From NCBI GenBank assembly GCA_032718475.1, contig JAUCBJ010004352.1, positions 1 to 41,507 on the forward strand: 41,507 nt of DNA, read 5' to 3'. Below, one piece after another: positions 12,750 to 25,738 of this stretch; the stretch's first letter is position 1; every line of letters begins with the position of its first letter. This DNA comes from Nemertoderma westbladi (taxonomy: Eukaryota > Animalia > Xenacoelomorpha). Made by a program: the position numbers and the translations under genes. The notes under the pieces were generated by a model. It was not told the origin of the DNA, did no database searches, and worked only from the letters and a program-made list of their open reading frames with translations.

Positions 12750-13115
12750 TGGCTGAATCCAGGAGTTTCACGCGGTTATTGAGGGAATTCCGGTGCAGGT
12801 GAAACAAATTGTTCGTCTCCAGGTTGTGTAGATCAGTCACCCTGTGTCTGTGTGAAAACATCTTCGCGTTGGATGGCCTGGATGGTTCGCCAGAGATTTG
12901 GGTGAACAACATTAACGGGTTGGCAAGAGGTCGGTTGATCTTCTATAACGCCTTGGAAAAAATTCCATGTACATGGTGGATAAAGTTGTTGCGTTTGTGT
13001 TCCATTCAGTGTGGGCGACCGATCAAAGTATTAAATCAGGGAATCGACGTCTAAAGTAAGTATGAGGTCATCAAATCCTTGATAAATGTCAACGAATGAC
13101 AGGAGTGATTTCTCC
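12750..13115 (-). mobile_element. MULE (Mutator) transposase C-terminal remnant
   Basis: LSFVDIYQGFDDL...YFD...LYPPCTWNFFQGVIEDQP...HPNLWRTIQAIQRED, matching the MULE PP..WN / HPN.W..I..L..E pattern; stops and a deletion present. Confidence 0.6.
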
Positions 13116-13835
13116 CACACATGGAAGTTATAATGAATGATATTTCTAAGGACACCTTCACCCTATACTGTAGGCCATGACCCAGAATTTTAGGAGCTTT
13201 TTAGCTAAGGTGGTGCATTAACTTAATAATTGTTAAAAGTGATCGCTCTAAAAGTTTTATTTACTTTAAATCTGAATGGATTAATATATTTTGAGATTTA
13301 CCCAGTAGTACAATTCCTCATGTTAGGTAGGATAGAAGTGTATTAATTAATTCTGTTTGGGATAAATACATTTCTGTTTTTCTTAAGTTATATATATTAT
13401 TATAACAACCCATTATTACCTAGGTAAGTGTGTATTTTGTTTACTGTTTTCGATCAGTGTTTCGAGATTTGTATTGTGATGAGATGAGGTATATTTTTCT
13501 GGCCAAATAGAGCAAATCGATCAACCAAATAATAGTGTTGTTTAAAAGATTAATATATGAATAGAGTAGCATTAAGTGTTGCTCCCTGTAGGTAAAAGTT
13601 AGTGCTCTTACACTGCATTACATCTTCGCACTACAGATCGCCATCAATTCCCATTTACAAACATTTAAATATTTTATTTTTAAGTCAGCCTGAAATACAC
13701 CATGAAATAAAGTAAACTCAATGATAGACTTATATCACGGCGTGAAATATAGTAACATTATTCTTTCAGTATGATTGTATCGTACTTTAAGGTCATGTTG
13801 AGGTAGGTATTCATCCATCACAGATGCAGACACCA

Positions 13836-15740
13836 CATAGGTTGTTACCGGTACCGTACCGCGGAAGGGACCAGTGACACTCAAATCTGTCGCTGCCTAC
13901 ACCAAATCTGCCTACTTGAGCAGCCTGATGTCTGCTGACAACTCCCGTTACTTAGCACATACTGACATAGGTTGTTACCGGTACCGTACCGTGGAAGGGA
14001 CCTGCTACACTCTATTCTGTCACTGACTACACCTAGTCAGCCATGCTCATGCAGCCTGTAGTCTGCAGACAGCCCTGCTGCTACTTAGCACATAAGTTGT
14101 TACTGCTACCGTACCGCGGAAGGTACCAGCTACACTCTATTCTGTCGCTGCCTACTCCTAGTCGCCCTACTTATGCAGCCTGTAGTCTGCAGACAGCCCC
14201 CGCTACTTAGCACATAGGTTGTTACCAGTACCGTACCGTGGAAGGAACTGGCTACACTCTATTATGTCGCTGCCTACACCGAGTCAGCCTACTTATGCAG
14301 CCTGTAGTCTGCAGACAGCCCCCGCTACTTAGCACATAGGTTGTTACCAGTACCGTACCGTGGAAGGAACTGGCTACACTCTATTATGTCGCTGCCTACA
14401 CCGAGTCAGCCTACTTATTCAGCCTGTAGTCTGCAGACAGCCCCCGTTACTTAGCACATAGGTTGTTACCAGTACCGTACCGTGGAAGGAACTGGCTACA
14501 CTCTATTATGTCGCTGCCTACACCGAGTCAGCCTACTTATGCAGCCTGTAGTCTGCAGACAGCCCCCGCTACTTAGCACATAGGTTGTTACCAGTACCAT
14601 ACCGTGGAAGGAACTGGCTACACTCTATTATGTCGCTGCCTACACCGAGTCAGCCTACTTATGCAGCCTGTAGTCTGCAGACAGCCCCCGTTACTTAGCA
14701 CATAGGTTGTTACCGGTGCCGTACCGTGGAAGGGACCTGCTACACTCTATTCTGTCGCTGCCTACACCGAGTCAGCCTACTTATGCAGCCTGTAGTCTGC
14801 AGACAGCCCCCGTTACTTAGCACATAGGTTGTTACCGGTGCCGTACCGTGGAAGGGACCTGCTACACTCTATTCTGTCACTGCCTACACCTAGTCAGCCA
14901 TGCTCATGCAGCCTGTAGTCTGCAGACAGCCCCGCTGCTACTTAGCACATTAGTTGTTACCGCTACCTTACCACGGAAGGCACCAACTACACTCTATTCT
15001 GTCGCTGCCTACTCCTAGTCGCCCTACTTATGCAGCCTGTAGTCAGCAGACAGTCCCCACTACTTAGCACATAGGTTGTTACCCATACTGTTCCGCGGAA
15101 GGGACTGGCGACACTTTATTCTGTTGCTACCTACACCTAGTTAGCCTACTTATGCAGCCTTAGTGTGCAGTGAGCCCCCACTACTTAGCACATAGGTTGT
15201 TACCCGTACTGTGCTGCGGAAGGGACCAGCGTACTGTGCCGCAGAAGGGACCAGCAACCCATTCCATTAAGTGTCACTTCCTACACCTAGTCGGCCTACT
15301 TATTAAGCCTGTAGTCTGCAGACAGCCCCCGCTACTTAGCACATAGGTTGTTACTGGAACCATACTGTGGAAGGGCACGGCGACACTCCATTGTGTCGCT
15401 GCCTACACCTAGTCGGCCTACTTATGCAGCCTGTAGTCTGCAGACAGCCTCCGCTAGCACACTACAGTTGTTGTTACCGTTACCGTACCGAGGAGGGACC
15501 GGTGACACGCCATTCTGTCGCTGCCTACACCTAGTCGGCCTACTTATGCAGGTTGTAGTCTACAGACAGCGCCCCGCTGCTTAGCACACAGGTTGTTACT
15601 GGTGCAGTGCCGTCGCAAAGGGACCAGCGACACTCCATTCTGTTGCTGCCTACACTTAGTCAGCCTACTTATGCAGCCTGTAGTCTGCAGTCTGCCCCCG
15701 CTACTTAGCACATAGGTTGTTACCAGTATGGTACTGCCAC
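13836..15740. repeat. 122-bp tandem satellite, ~15 copies
   Basis: Unit CATAGGTTGTTACC...CTTAGCA starts at 14213, 14335, 14457, 14579, 14701 and 14823 (period 122); edge copies are diverged. Confidence 0.95.
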
Positions 15741-16444
15741 CGATATTATATACGATTTCTAATTAATAAAACGTCGAAACTTGAAAATAAAACGACATAT
15801 TCTATTTAACTAAAGTAGGCCCTACATGGTATTTAAATTTCGGGCTCTCGTTTGGTATTTCACTCACTCATTGAGACTCGTTCCCGTAAATATTCCCACT
15901 CGAGCTGACGTGAAAAACAGTGCTACTTTATTTAAATCGAATATATAGTTATTATTTGTTATTACTTAGTTATTTATGAAAACTGTATTTGTTTATGTAT
16001 GGTTCAAACATAAGGGAATAGAAATCAGTGTCAGCAGGATATTAAGTTTCTTTCATTTCCATAAATAATAATAAATAGTTATTTGATATGTCGTTATTCG
16101 TGGCGTTTTTCATGGCCTTCACATTATTGGTATGGGTGTATGCCAATTGCCTACATGCATCCATCCATCCGGGTAGTTGTGTTTGATTCAGTGGTAGACA
16201 AAAAATGTTGAGTATAATACCAAAGTAAGACAATGGTTAATAACGCATTATTTGCACACAATCAAAAGATTTGATTCATTCAAAATGAAAAAAATACAAT
16301 AATAATGGTCAAACAATGATATGATAAATAATGCTTGTTTATTTGTAGAACTTGTTTGTTTTTAGTATATAATTATGTGGGCACCATAAATGAATTAGAT
16401 AAAAAAATAAATTTTTAGGTCTCAATGTCATGAATCAGATAGAC

Positions 16445-16800
16445 AAAACAGGATGAAAGCATTGATAGCATGGTTGGCTGGTTTCCTATTTCCAGAACCA
16501 TATGTCCTATTGATTTTCACTTAAAATCTGGTAAGTATGTAGCTATTTCTGGTTCAAATAATTGATTTCCGCAACCTTTGATGTCAATAACCAACATTTC
16601 TCAGAGGAATACGTAAAGGTGAAATCTGACATTTGTTTTATGCTGAATTTCGGAGTCAATGGGAAGCTGTTCTTTTGATTCGGTATTGTTTACATAATTG
16701 TAATTGGTGAAGATGGCATCGTTGAATTCATCAATAGTTATGGGTATTCCATCTCCTATAGCTTATCTATCACGTATAAAGCTGAATAGTACTTTACTAT
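16445..16800 (-). pseudogene. Alpha-kinase (eEF2K/TRPM7-type) catalytic domain remnant
   Basis: SKVLFS...PITIDEFNDAIFTNYNYVNNT...DFTFTYS...MLVIDIKGCGNQLFEPEIAT...GSGN...AINAF, resembling E.FI.G.F.KY.NN, V.D.QG....L.DP.I.T and GNL...AI..F; stops and frameshifts present. Confidence 0.6.
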
Positions 16801-17780
16801 GTTAGAGTGTCCGCTTGTCCACATTTTTATTATTTTAAAATGATGGTTAAATATCTAGCCAATAGAATAAGTGCTGGACCGGCTTGCATGTGTGAGCTTC
16901 CTCAGACAAATTAAATACAGTTTAATTTTTTCCTTGGTTTCCATTTTGTACTTCTTTATTAACAACGAAAAATCTTCAGACAGTTACAGTATACACTTTT
17001 GCCTTTGTAACGGTAACCATGTACTTGGCATATTTTACAATCTCATAATGTAAGTGGCTTCTTCTGAACACATGAAGGAGAAATTTCTAAAATTAATTTA
17101 GAAAAATTTTACATTAATTTTTAAGAGTATATTCAACGCTTGGAAACCAAGCTAATTAACTGTCTGTTATTTTGTTATCATCATTTAATTCACTATCTAT
17201 CATCACAATTTTTTAGATAATCCAGTGATAACATATTTTAATAATAAAACACCTACATGACAGGCAGGCATGGTCGCCTTCAAATAAGAGGAAAAAGGCA
17301 TCGTACAATCTTGTAACATCTTATTACCAAAATTCTTCAACACCATGCAGGCATAATGGATGAGTCCTATCGTATAACTGATAAGAAGATGATATTGAAT
17401 CCCCCTGAAAAAAGAATCCCTTGATTGGGAATTCAGTCTAACCTAGGTTGAAATGAATGTCCTTCGATGGTTTGGTACTAGTTTGTAATGAATCCCATAA
17501 AACGCATATAGGCCTCTACTATTTCTCAGTTATTATAATAATTTCATTTTTTACCATCGGACTGTATTGACCACCATAAAGACCCCACTCGCAACAAGTA
17601 TTCTCCCTGCCATGCCAGTGCGCCGGCTTCACCACTAATTTCATTATTGCTATGATTAAATATTTTTGCTACAGCATACACGGCTTTCACTTCCATTCCC
17701 GTCTGTGTAAACCCGAAATTTCACCAACCGAACAAAAATGTGTCGACTTTGTGGTTCGCCAGCCCCGATATACCATATTC

Positions 17781-20700
17781 AACAATGTAACGGCAACACC
17801 AAGTCGCTGACCTGGTAAAGGCGTCCTGATAACAATGTAACGGCAACACCAAGTCGCTGACCTGGTAAAGGCGTCCTGATAACAATGTAACGGCAACACC
17901 AAGCCGCTGACCTGGTAAAGGCGTCCTGATAACAATGTAACGGCAACACCAAGTCGCTGACCTGGTAAAGGCGTCCTGATAACAATGTAACGGCAACACC
18001 AAGTCGCTGACCTGGTAAAGGCGTCCTGATAACAATGTAACGGCAACACCAAGTCGCTGACCTGGTAAAGGCGTCCTGATAACAATGTAACGGCAACACC
18101 AAGTCGCTGACCTGGTAAAGGCGTCCTGATAACAATGTAACGGCAACACCAAGCCGCTGACCTGGTAAAGGCGTCCTGATAACAATGTAACGGCAACACC
18201 AAGTCGCTGACCTGGTAAAGGCGTCCTGATAACAATGTAACGGCAACACCAAGTCGCTGACCTGGTAAAGGCGTCCTGATAACAATGTAACGGCAACACC
18301 AAGTCGCTGACTTGGTAAAGGCGTCCTGATAACAATGTAACGGCAACACCAAGTCGCTGACCTGGTAAAGGCGTCCTGATAACAATGTAACGGCAACACC
18401 AAGTCGCTGACCTGGGAAAGGCGTCCTGATAACAATGTAACGGCAACACCAAGTCGCTGACCTGGTAAAGGCGTCCTGATAACAATGTAACGGCAACACC
18501 AAGTCGCTAACCTGGTAAAGGCGTCCTGATAACAATGTAACGGCAACACCAAGTCGCTGACCTGGTAAAGGCGTCCTGATAACAATGTAACGGCAACACC
18601 AAGCCGCTGACCTGGTAAAGGCGTCCTGATAACAATGTAACGGCAACACCAAGTCGCTGACCTGGTAAAGGCGTCCTGATAACAATGTAACGGCAACACC
18701 AAGTCGCTGACCTGGTAAAGGCGTCCTGATAACAATGTAACGGCAACACCAAGTCGCTGACCTGGTAAAGGCGTCCTGATAACAATGTAACGGCAACACC
18801 AAGTCGCTGACCTGGTAAAGGCGTCCTGATAACAATGTAACGGCAACACCAAGTCGCTGACCTGGTAAAGGCGTCCTGATAACAATGTAACGGCAACACC
18901 AAGTCGCTGACCTGGTAAAGGCGTCCTGATAACAATGTAACGGCAACACCAAGTCGCTGACCTGGTAAAGGCGTCCTGATAACAATGTAACGGCAACACC
19001 AAGTCGCTGACCTGGTAAAGGCGTCCTGATAACAATGTAACGGCAACACCAAGTCGCTGACCTGGTAAAGGCGTCCTGATAACAATGTAACGGCAACACC
19101 AAGTCGCTGACCTGGTAAAGGCGTCCTGATAACAATGTAACGGCAACACCAAGCCGCTGACCTGGTAAAGGCGTCCTGATAACAATGTAACGCCAACACC
19201 AAGTCGCTGACCTGGTAAAGGCGTCCTGATAACAATGTAACGCCAACACCAAGTCGCTGACCTGGTAAAGGCGTCCTGATAACAATGTAACGGCAACACC
19301 AAGTCGCTGACCTGGTAAAGGCGTCCTGATAACAATGTAACGGCAACACCAAGTCGCTGACCTGGTAAAGGCGTCCTGATAACAATGTAACGGCAACACC
19401 AAGTCGCTGACCTGGTAAAGGCGTCCTGATAACAATGTAACAGCAACACCAAATCGCTGACCTGGTAAAGGCGTCCTGATATCAATGTAACGGCAACACC
19501 AAGTCGCTGACCTGGTAAAGGCGTCCTGATAACAATGTAACGGCAACACCAAGTCGCTGACCTGGTAAAGGCGTCCTGATAACAATGTAACGGCAACACC
19601 AAGTCGCTGACCTGGTAAAGGCGTCCTGATAACAATGTAACGGCAACACCAAGTCGCTGACCTGGTAAAGGCGTCCTGATAACAATGTAACGGCAACACC
19701 AAGTCGCTGACCTGGTAAAGGCGTCCTGATAACAATGTAACGGCAACACCAAGTCGCTGACCTGGTAAAGGCGTCCTGATAACAATGTAACGGCAACACC
19801 AAGTCGCTGACCTGGTAAAGGCGTCCTGATAACAATGTAACGGCAACACCAAGCCGCTGACCTGGTAAAGGCGTCCTGATAACAATGTAACGGCAACACC
19901 AAGTCGCTGACCTGGTAAAGGCGTCCTGATAACAATGTAACGGCAACACCAAGTCGCTGACCTGGTAAAGGCGTCCTGATAACAATGTAACGGCAACACC
20001 AAGTCGCTGACCTGGTAAAGGCGTCCTGATAACAATGTAACGGCAAAACCAAGTCGCTGACCTGGTAAAGGCGTCCTGATAACAATGTAACGGCAACACC
20101 AAGTCGCTGACCTGGTAACGGCGTCCTGATAACAATGTAACGGCAACACCAAGTCGCTGACCTGGTAAAGGCGTCCTGATAACAATGTAACGGCAACACC
20201 AAGTCGCTGACCTGGGAAAGGCGTCCTGATAACAATGTAACGGCAACACCAAGTCGCTGACCTGGTAAAGGCGTCCTGATAACAATGTAACGGCAACACC
20301 AAGTCGCTAACCTGGTAAAGGCGTCCTGATAACAATGTAACGGCAACACCAAGTCGCTGACCTGGTAAAGGCGTCCTGATAACAATGTAACGGCAACACC
20401 AAGCCGCTGACCTGGTAAAGGCGTCCTGATAACAATGTAACGGCAACACCAAGTCGCTGACCTGGTAAAGGCGTCCTGATAACAATGTAACGGCAACACC
20501 AAGTCGCTGACCTGGTAAAGGCGTCCTGATAACAATGTAACGGCAACACCAAGTCGCTGACCTGGTAAAGGCGTCCTGATAACAATGTAACGGCAACACC
20601 AAGTCGCTGACCTGGTAAAGGCGTCCTGATAACAATGTAACGGCAACACCAAGTCGCTGACCTGGTAAAGGCGTCCTGATAACAATGTAACGGCAACACC

Positions 20701-21880
20701 AAGTCGCTGACCTGGTAAAGGCGTCCTGATAACAATGTAACGGCAACACCAAGTCGCTGACCTGGTAAAGGCGTCCTGATAACAATGTAACGGCAACACC
20801 AAGTCGCTGACCTGGTAAAGGCGTCCTGATAACAATGTAACGGCAACACCAAGCCGCTGACCTGGTAAAGGCGTCCTGATAACAATGTAACGCCAACACC
20901 AAGTCGCTGACCTGGTAAAGGCGTCCTGATAACAATGTAACGGCAACACCAAGTCGCTGACCTGGTAAAGGCGTCCTGATAACAATGTAACGGCAACACC
21001 AAGTCGCTGACCTGGTAAAGGCGTCCTGATAACAATGTAACGGCAACACCAAGTCGCTGACCTGGTAAAGGCGTCCTGATAACAATGTAACGGCAACACC
21101 AAATCGCTGACCTGGTAAAGGCGTCCTGATATCAATGTAACGGCAACACCAAATCGCTGACCTGGTAAAGGCGTCCTGATATCAATGTAACGGCAACACC
21201 AAGTCGCTGACCTGGTAAAGGCGTCCTGATAACAATGTAACGGCAACACCAAGTCGCTGACCTGGTAAAGGCGTCCTGATAACAATGTAACGGCAACACC
21301 AAGTCGCTGACCTGGTAAAGGCGTCCTGATAACAATGTAACGGCAACACCAAGTCGCTGACCTGGTAAAGGCGTCCTGATAACAATGTAACGGCAACACC
21401 AAGTCGCTGACCTGGTAAAGGCGTCCTGATAACAATGTAACGGCAACACCAAGTCGCTGACCTGGTAAAGGCGTCCTGATAACAATGTAACGGCAACACC
21501 AAGCCGCTGACCTGGTAAAGGCGTCCTGATAACAATGTAACGGCAACACCAAGTCGCTGACCTGGTAAAGGCGTCCTGATAACAATGTAACGGCAACACC
21601 AAGTCGCTGACCTGGTAAAGGCGTCCTGATAACAATGTAACGGCAACACCAAGTCGCTGACCTGGTAAAGGCGTCCTGATAACAATGTAACGGCAACACC
21701 AAGTCGCTGACCTGGTAAAGGCGTCCTGATAACAATGTAACGGCAACACCAAGTCGCTGACCTGGTAAAGGCGTCCTGATAACAATGTAACGGCAACACC
21801 AAGTCGCTGACCTGGTAACGGCGTCCTGATAACAATGTAACGGCAACACCAAGTCGCTGACCTGGTAAAGGCGTCCAGAT
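17781..21880. repeat. 50-bp tandem satellite, 82 copies, very homogeneous
   Basis: Unit AACAATGTAACGGCAACACCAAGTCGCTGACCTGGTAAAGGCGTCCTGAT; exact 50-bp phase kept throughout; only rare substitutions. Confidence 0.99.
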
Positions 21881-23175
21881 TTTAATATTATTATTATTTC
21901 AGTATTTACTATTGATTTTAAAATTAAGAAAACCATCTGTCTCTGAATAATTCTATATATTTTAGACAAGATTGTTAAATTATATTTATATTTTTTACTA
22001 ATTACTCTAATCGTGCTAATTATATCTTACTGTACGTGATATACCGGATCTCGGTGTATTAATTAATTTTTTTCTTTAATTTTTCGTTCTTCCATGGTCC
22101 CAATGCAGCCTACTTTTTTTATTGCCAATAATTCTTAGTAAAACATTATCTGAATCAAGTTCATGTTTTTAGCATTTCCTACGGAAATTAAACCTTTGTC
22201 ACTTCCAACATCAATTTTGTATATAGGAGTTTTATTCCACCGAAATATTTGTCCCTCATATTTTTTTTGCAGTAGACTTTCAGAATGAGAAATGCGAACG
22301 TTCCACTTTCTCATGACAGTATAAATATACTTATAAAAAGCGTGGGAACAATCACATCTTAATAAGAGTCCAGCTCACTATTTAATCTATGAATATCCTT
22401 AACGGGATTCATTTCATCCAGCGGACGTCATTTCAACCAGGTTGTTATGATTCCTCAGATCATTGGGGGGTCATTCTAAACGGGGATTCATTTACACCTT
22501 TTACACCGGTTTGTGGTCTTATAAATCGGTGAGTTTATTTATGGCTGAACGCGAACTATTGAGGTGTTGCGTGACAGCATCAGCTGGTACGCAACACGTT
22601 CAAGTATATTTATTAATTAAAATAAAATACAGTTGGTATACGTTAATCACGAAACACCTTCCTCTCTAATATATTCAAGGTCTTATTTATATCTAAGGCA
22701 AAAGGCAAGTACTGCCAGGAAAGGTTTATATAAAAGTGATATCGAACTGACTAGTTTAGTGCTGCTAGCGCTACTAGACATTGCAATAAATTACTTGCAT
22801 TTTTGTTAATAGTAATACTGCAGTCTCAGTACGGATTAAAAAGGAAGGAAATAATACGAATTTTGCAGCATTATTAAATTCTAAGAATAAAATACATTCC
22901 ATCATATATGTGTATTAAAGAAAGTGTGACTGAATGCATGATATGAGTAGGTCTCCTTGCTTTTTAATTTTCATTGCTGCTTTTCTTTGCATACCTAGTA
23001 TTTACTTGACTTCTTGACTAAATGAAATTAAAAGTATTCATATTTTATGCTAATTCAATCATATATTTAAAATTTGTCCAGGCATTTGGGAAAACCATAT
23101 CCACAAATATTGCAGGAGTCTCTCACCAGCTAATCTAACATATATACCAGTTAATAATAAAATTAGGGAATTGTT

Positions 23176-23535
23176 TTAGTATCTCCTTTTAAACATCCGA
23201 GTATTCTTTGCTGCCAGTTGTTTTAATTGTTCTAGAACTCGGAATTTTTTATTGGCACTGTTGATAGCGTCAACGGCTGAGGTTATACTTCTGGGACAAT
23301 AATCAACACAATTGGGCAGCACCAATGTATCACAAGGACTGATACAGAGCGACGTTGGGTAGCCTGATTCTGTGCAAGCCATCAAGCAGTAATCCATTTC
23401 TTCCCTGAGACAAATATTACATTCGCTTAACTTAAATCGTTTCGCCTCTACCAGACTGGGGTGATGATGGAGACCGATCAGGCATAATAGCGATATCATT
23501 AGATGCGTTTTATTCCATTGTAATGATTTATGCAT
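23176..23535 (-). CDS. Putative secreted cysteine-rich peptide precursor (8-Cys helical-hairpin type; toxin, pheromone or defence peptide candidate)
   Basis: ATG-started intact ORF in AT-rich unique DNA; signal-like MISLLCLIGL...SLVEA followed by KR; C-x2-C-x7-C-x3-C-x9-C-x3-C-x7-C-x3-C; C-terminal segment with KK and KRR. Confidence 0.65.
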   Translation of the reverse strand: MHKSLQWNKTHLMISLLCLIGLHHHPSLVEAKRFKLSECNICLREEMDYCLMACTESGYPTSLCISPCDTLVLPNCVDYCPRSITSAVDAINSANKKFRVLEQLKQLAAKNTRMFKRRY

Positions 23536-24040
23536 AATGAAATTATGTTGTTATACTAGGCCTATTATTGTTACTTGTATACCAAATACTAGCTACAAGT
23601 ACTAACTACAAAATTAAAATTGCGGAAATGTATCATTAAAAACTAGTTTTAGAAACATATAAATAAAGATTTAATTTATAATTTTAATACTAAACTAAAA
23701 TTATAATAAGTGTTAATTAGTTTAATTTAATGATTAATTCTTTATAAGTATTAAACGTATGTGGTACTCAGGCAAACTCTTATAATTCGATACAAAAATT
23801 TTGGCTTACTATTATTAGCCACGAGGTGAAATTGTATCTCAGAAATATACTTAAGTAGATAGCTCATCTACTCTGTGTTTTGGATATGAAATTATACTCA
23901 TAAATAATACTAAATAATGCCCAATAACTTTCAATGAAAAATCTCAAAAATCTAATATTGGTAAAGTCCGACAGCCTGCCAGATGTAAAGTGCTGAGTTT
24001 AGTTTAGGAAGGAACATAATGAAATAGTGTAAATATAGAC

Positions 24041-24656
24041 CATTGACAATAATCAACTAAGGAAGGTTGACGACTTCCAGTACCTTGGATCATGGATAGA
24101 GAGTAGCAAAAAGGACATAGAAGTTAGGAAAGCAAAGGCTTGGGTAGCTCTATCAAAAATGGATACCATCTGGAAATCAGATCTCTCCAGGCACCTGAAG
24201 ACTAAGTTCTTTCGAGCCACAGTGGAAAGTATATTTTTATACGGGGGTGAGACCTGGACAGTGGACACTGACTAAATCACTTGAACAACGAATTGATGGT
24301 TGCTGCTACACAAGACTACTAAGGGCATCCCTAAACATATGCTGGAGACAACACATGACAAACGCCGAGCTTTATGGTACAATACCACCTGTATCAACCA
24401 CCCTCCGTGAACGCAGATTAAGATTCAGTGGGCACTGCTGGAGAAGTAAAGACGAGGTCATACCATATTTACTATTCTGGCAACCAACACATGGAAAGCG
24501 TAGTCGTGGACGACCGGCCATAACATATATAGATCAACTTGAAAGGGATACTGAACTTGGGAGAAACGAAATTGCGACAACTATGGAGAATCGGGAAGCC
24601 TGGAAGGATCTCATTTCCACTGTCCGAGTTCGCTCGACCTAGTAGTAGTAGTAGTA
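24041..24656 (+). mobile_element. 5'-truncated RTE LINE (family A) with TSD
   Basis: FQYLGSWI...RRLRFSGHCWRS...LLFWQPTHGKRSRGRP; (TAG)n tail; GTAAATATAGAC at 24029-24040 and 24657-24668. Confidence 0.92.
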
Positions 24657-24794
24657 GTAAATATAGACAAGAGGACAATGAACAATGTAATGTGCCTATT
24701 GAGTAAGTATTGGATATTGGATGTTGTGTTATTACGAAATTGTATCCCAAGCCCCATTATTGGATATTTAGCTATGGATAATAATTGTTAAATA

Positions 24795-24862
24795 TAATAA
24801 TAGTAATAATAATAATTTATAAAGCGCCTTTACAAAGGTACAGGAGATCAAGGCGCTTATTA
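24795..24862 (-). mobile_element. L2-type LINE/SINE 3' terminal stem-loop with (TTA)n tail
   Basis: Minus strand AAGCGCCTTG...AAAGGCGCTTTATAAATTATTATT. Confidence 0.5.
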
Positions 24863-25304
24863 AACATATGATCATACAGCACAACACTGAACAAGGATAA
24901 AATAAATAAATTCTAATAAAATAAAATATATTATAATTACAAATAAAATCAAGAATCGCTTAGCACATACAAATACAATGGATAAAATAACTTATGGTTT
25001 GTTCAGAATATAATATTACAATATAGGGATAGTAATGCGGAGGGAGGTCATGCCATCAAGGGAAATTGAATGGATTAGCCATACCCATACTTAAATTATC
25101 CGACAATAGTCATCATGTCCTGGCTGTTTGCCTAGTACTGAAGAAGGATTAATTAGCGTGGGCCCAAACCCTCTAATGTTACAACCCTCGTGGTGAATGT
25201 CAGTCGCTTTGTATTAATGCAAACATATTCGGCCTGCACTAGAATACAAATAGGATTTGTATGCTTGAGACATTGTTGAAACCTCAGAAGGGCCTGTCAT
25301 AACT

Positions 25305-25575
25305 ATACTACTGCCACTAAGTCGATCTCAGTTAGTGGAAATCAATCTTCAAGGCTTATTCCCCATTCTCTCAGTTACAATTTCGTTTCTCCTAAGTCCA
25401 GTATCCCTTTCAAGTAGTTCTACATATATACGTCATAGGCTGTCGTCCAAAGGAAAGCCTGGAAAAGTAGATCTGGTCCAGGTAACAGATATCGTCCACA
25501 TGCTCAAGCATACCATCCCTTGAGCCTATGCTCATCTAGTCGGAGACTTGCTGAGGACTTTCAAAGTTAACTGTC
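25305..25575 (-). mobile_element. Adjacent short RTE fragments (family A 3' end 25305-25450; family B internal piece 25477-25575)
   Basis: Similar to ~24507-24650 and ~40251-40352 respectively. Confidence 0.75.
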
Positions 25576-25738
25576 ACATAACGCTTGAATATTGCACCAT
25601 TAAACTGCTCAGTGTGTGCATGATCTGTTTCTATGATCGCCGAGTCTGTGAGATGAAACGTTGTGTTCAGCCATTGGCATTCTCGAAACATCAACAAAAA
25701 CACAATGGCCTTTATAATAATGCCTTATAGGTTGGGGA

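Noticed and set aside
17250-17640. Protein-like minus-strand segments (YDRTHPLCLHGVEEFW...)
   Set aside because: Stops present and no recognisable family
17781-17830. Twister-ribozyme-like layout of the 50-bp unit (UAA...CCA.G...CUGG-UAAA)
   Set aside because: Lacks the conserved L4 loop and GAG/pseudoknot residues
17781-21880. CRISPR array
   Set aside because: No unique spacers, no cas genes, eukaryotic context
13836-21880. Common origin of the 122-bp and 50-bp satellites
   Set aside because: Only a 7-nt word (GTCGCTG) is shared, which is compatible with chance
17687-21969. ORFs of up to 1396 aa read as giant repeat proteins
   Set aside because: The same peptide appears in all three minus frames because a stop-free 50-bp unit is repeated; starts are TTG; there is no sign of codon-level selection
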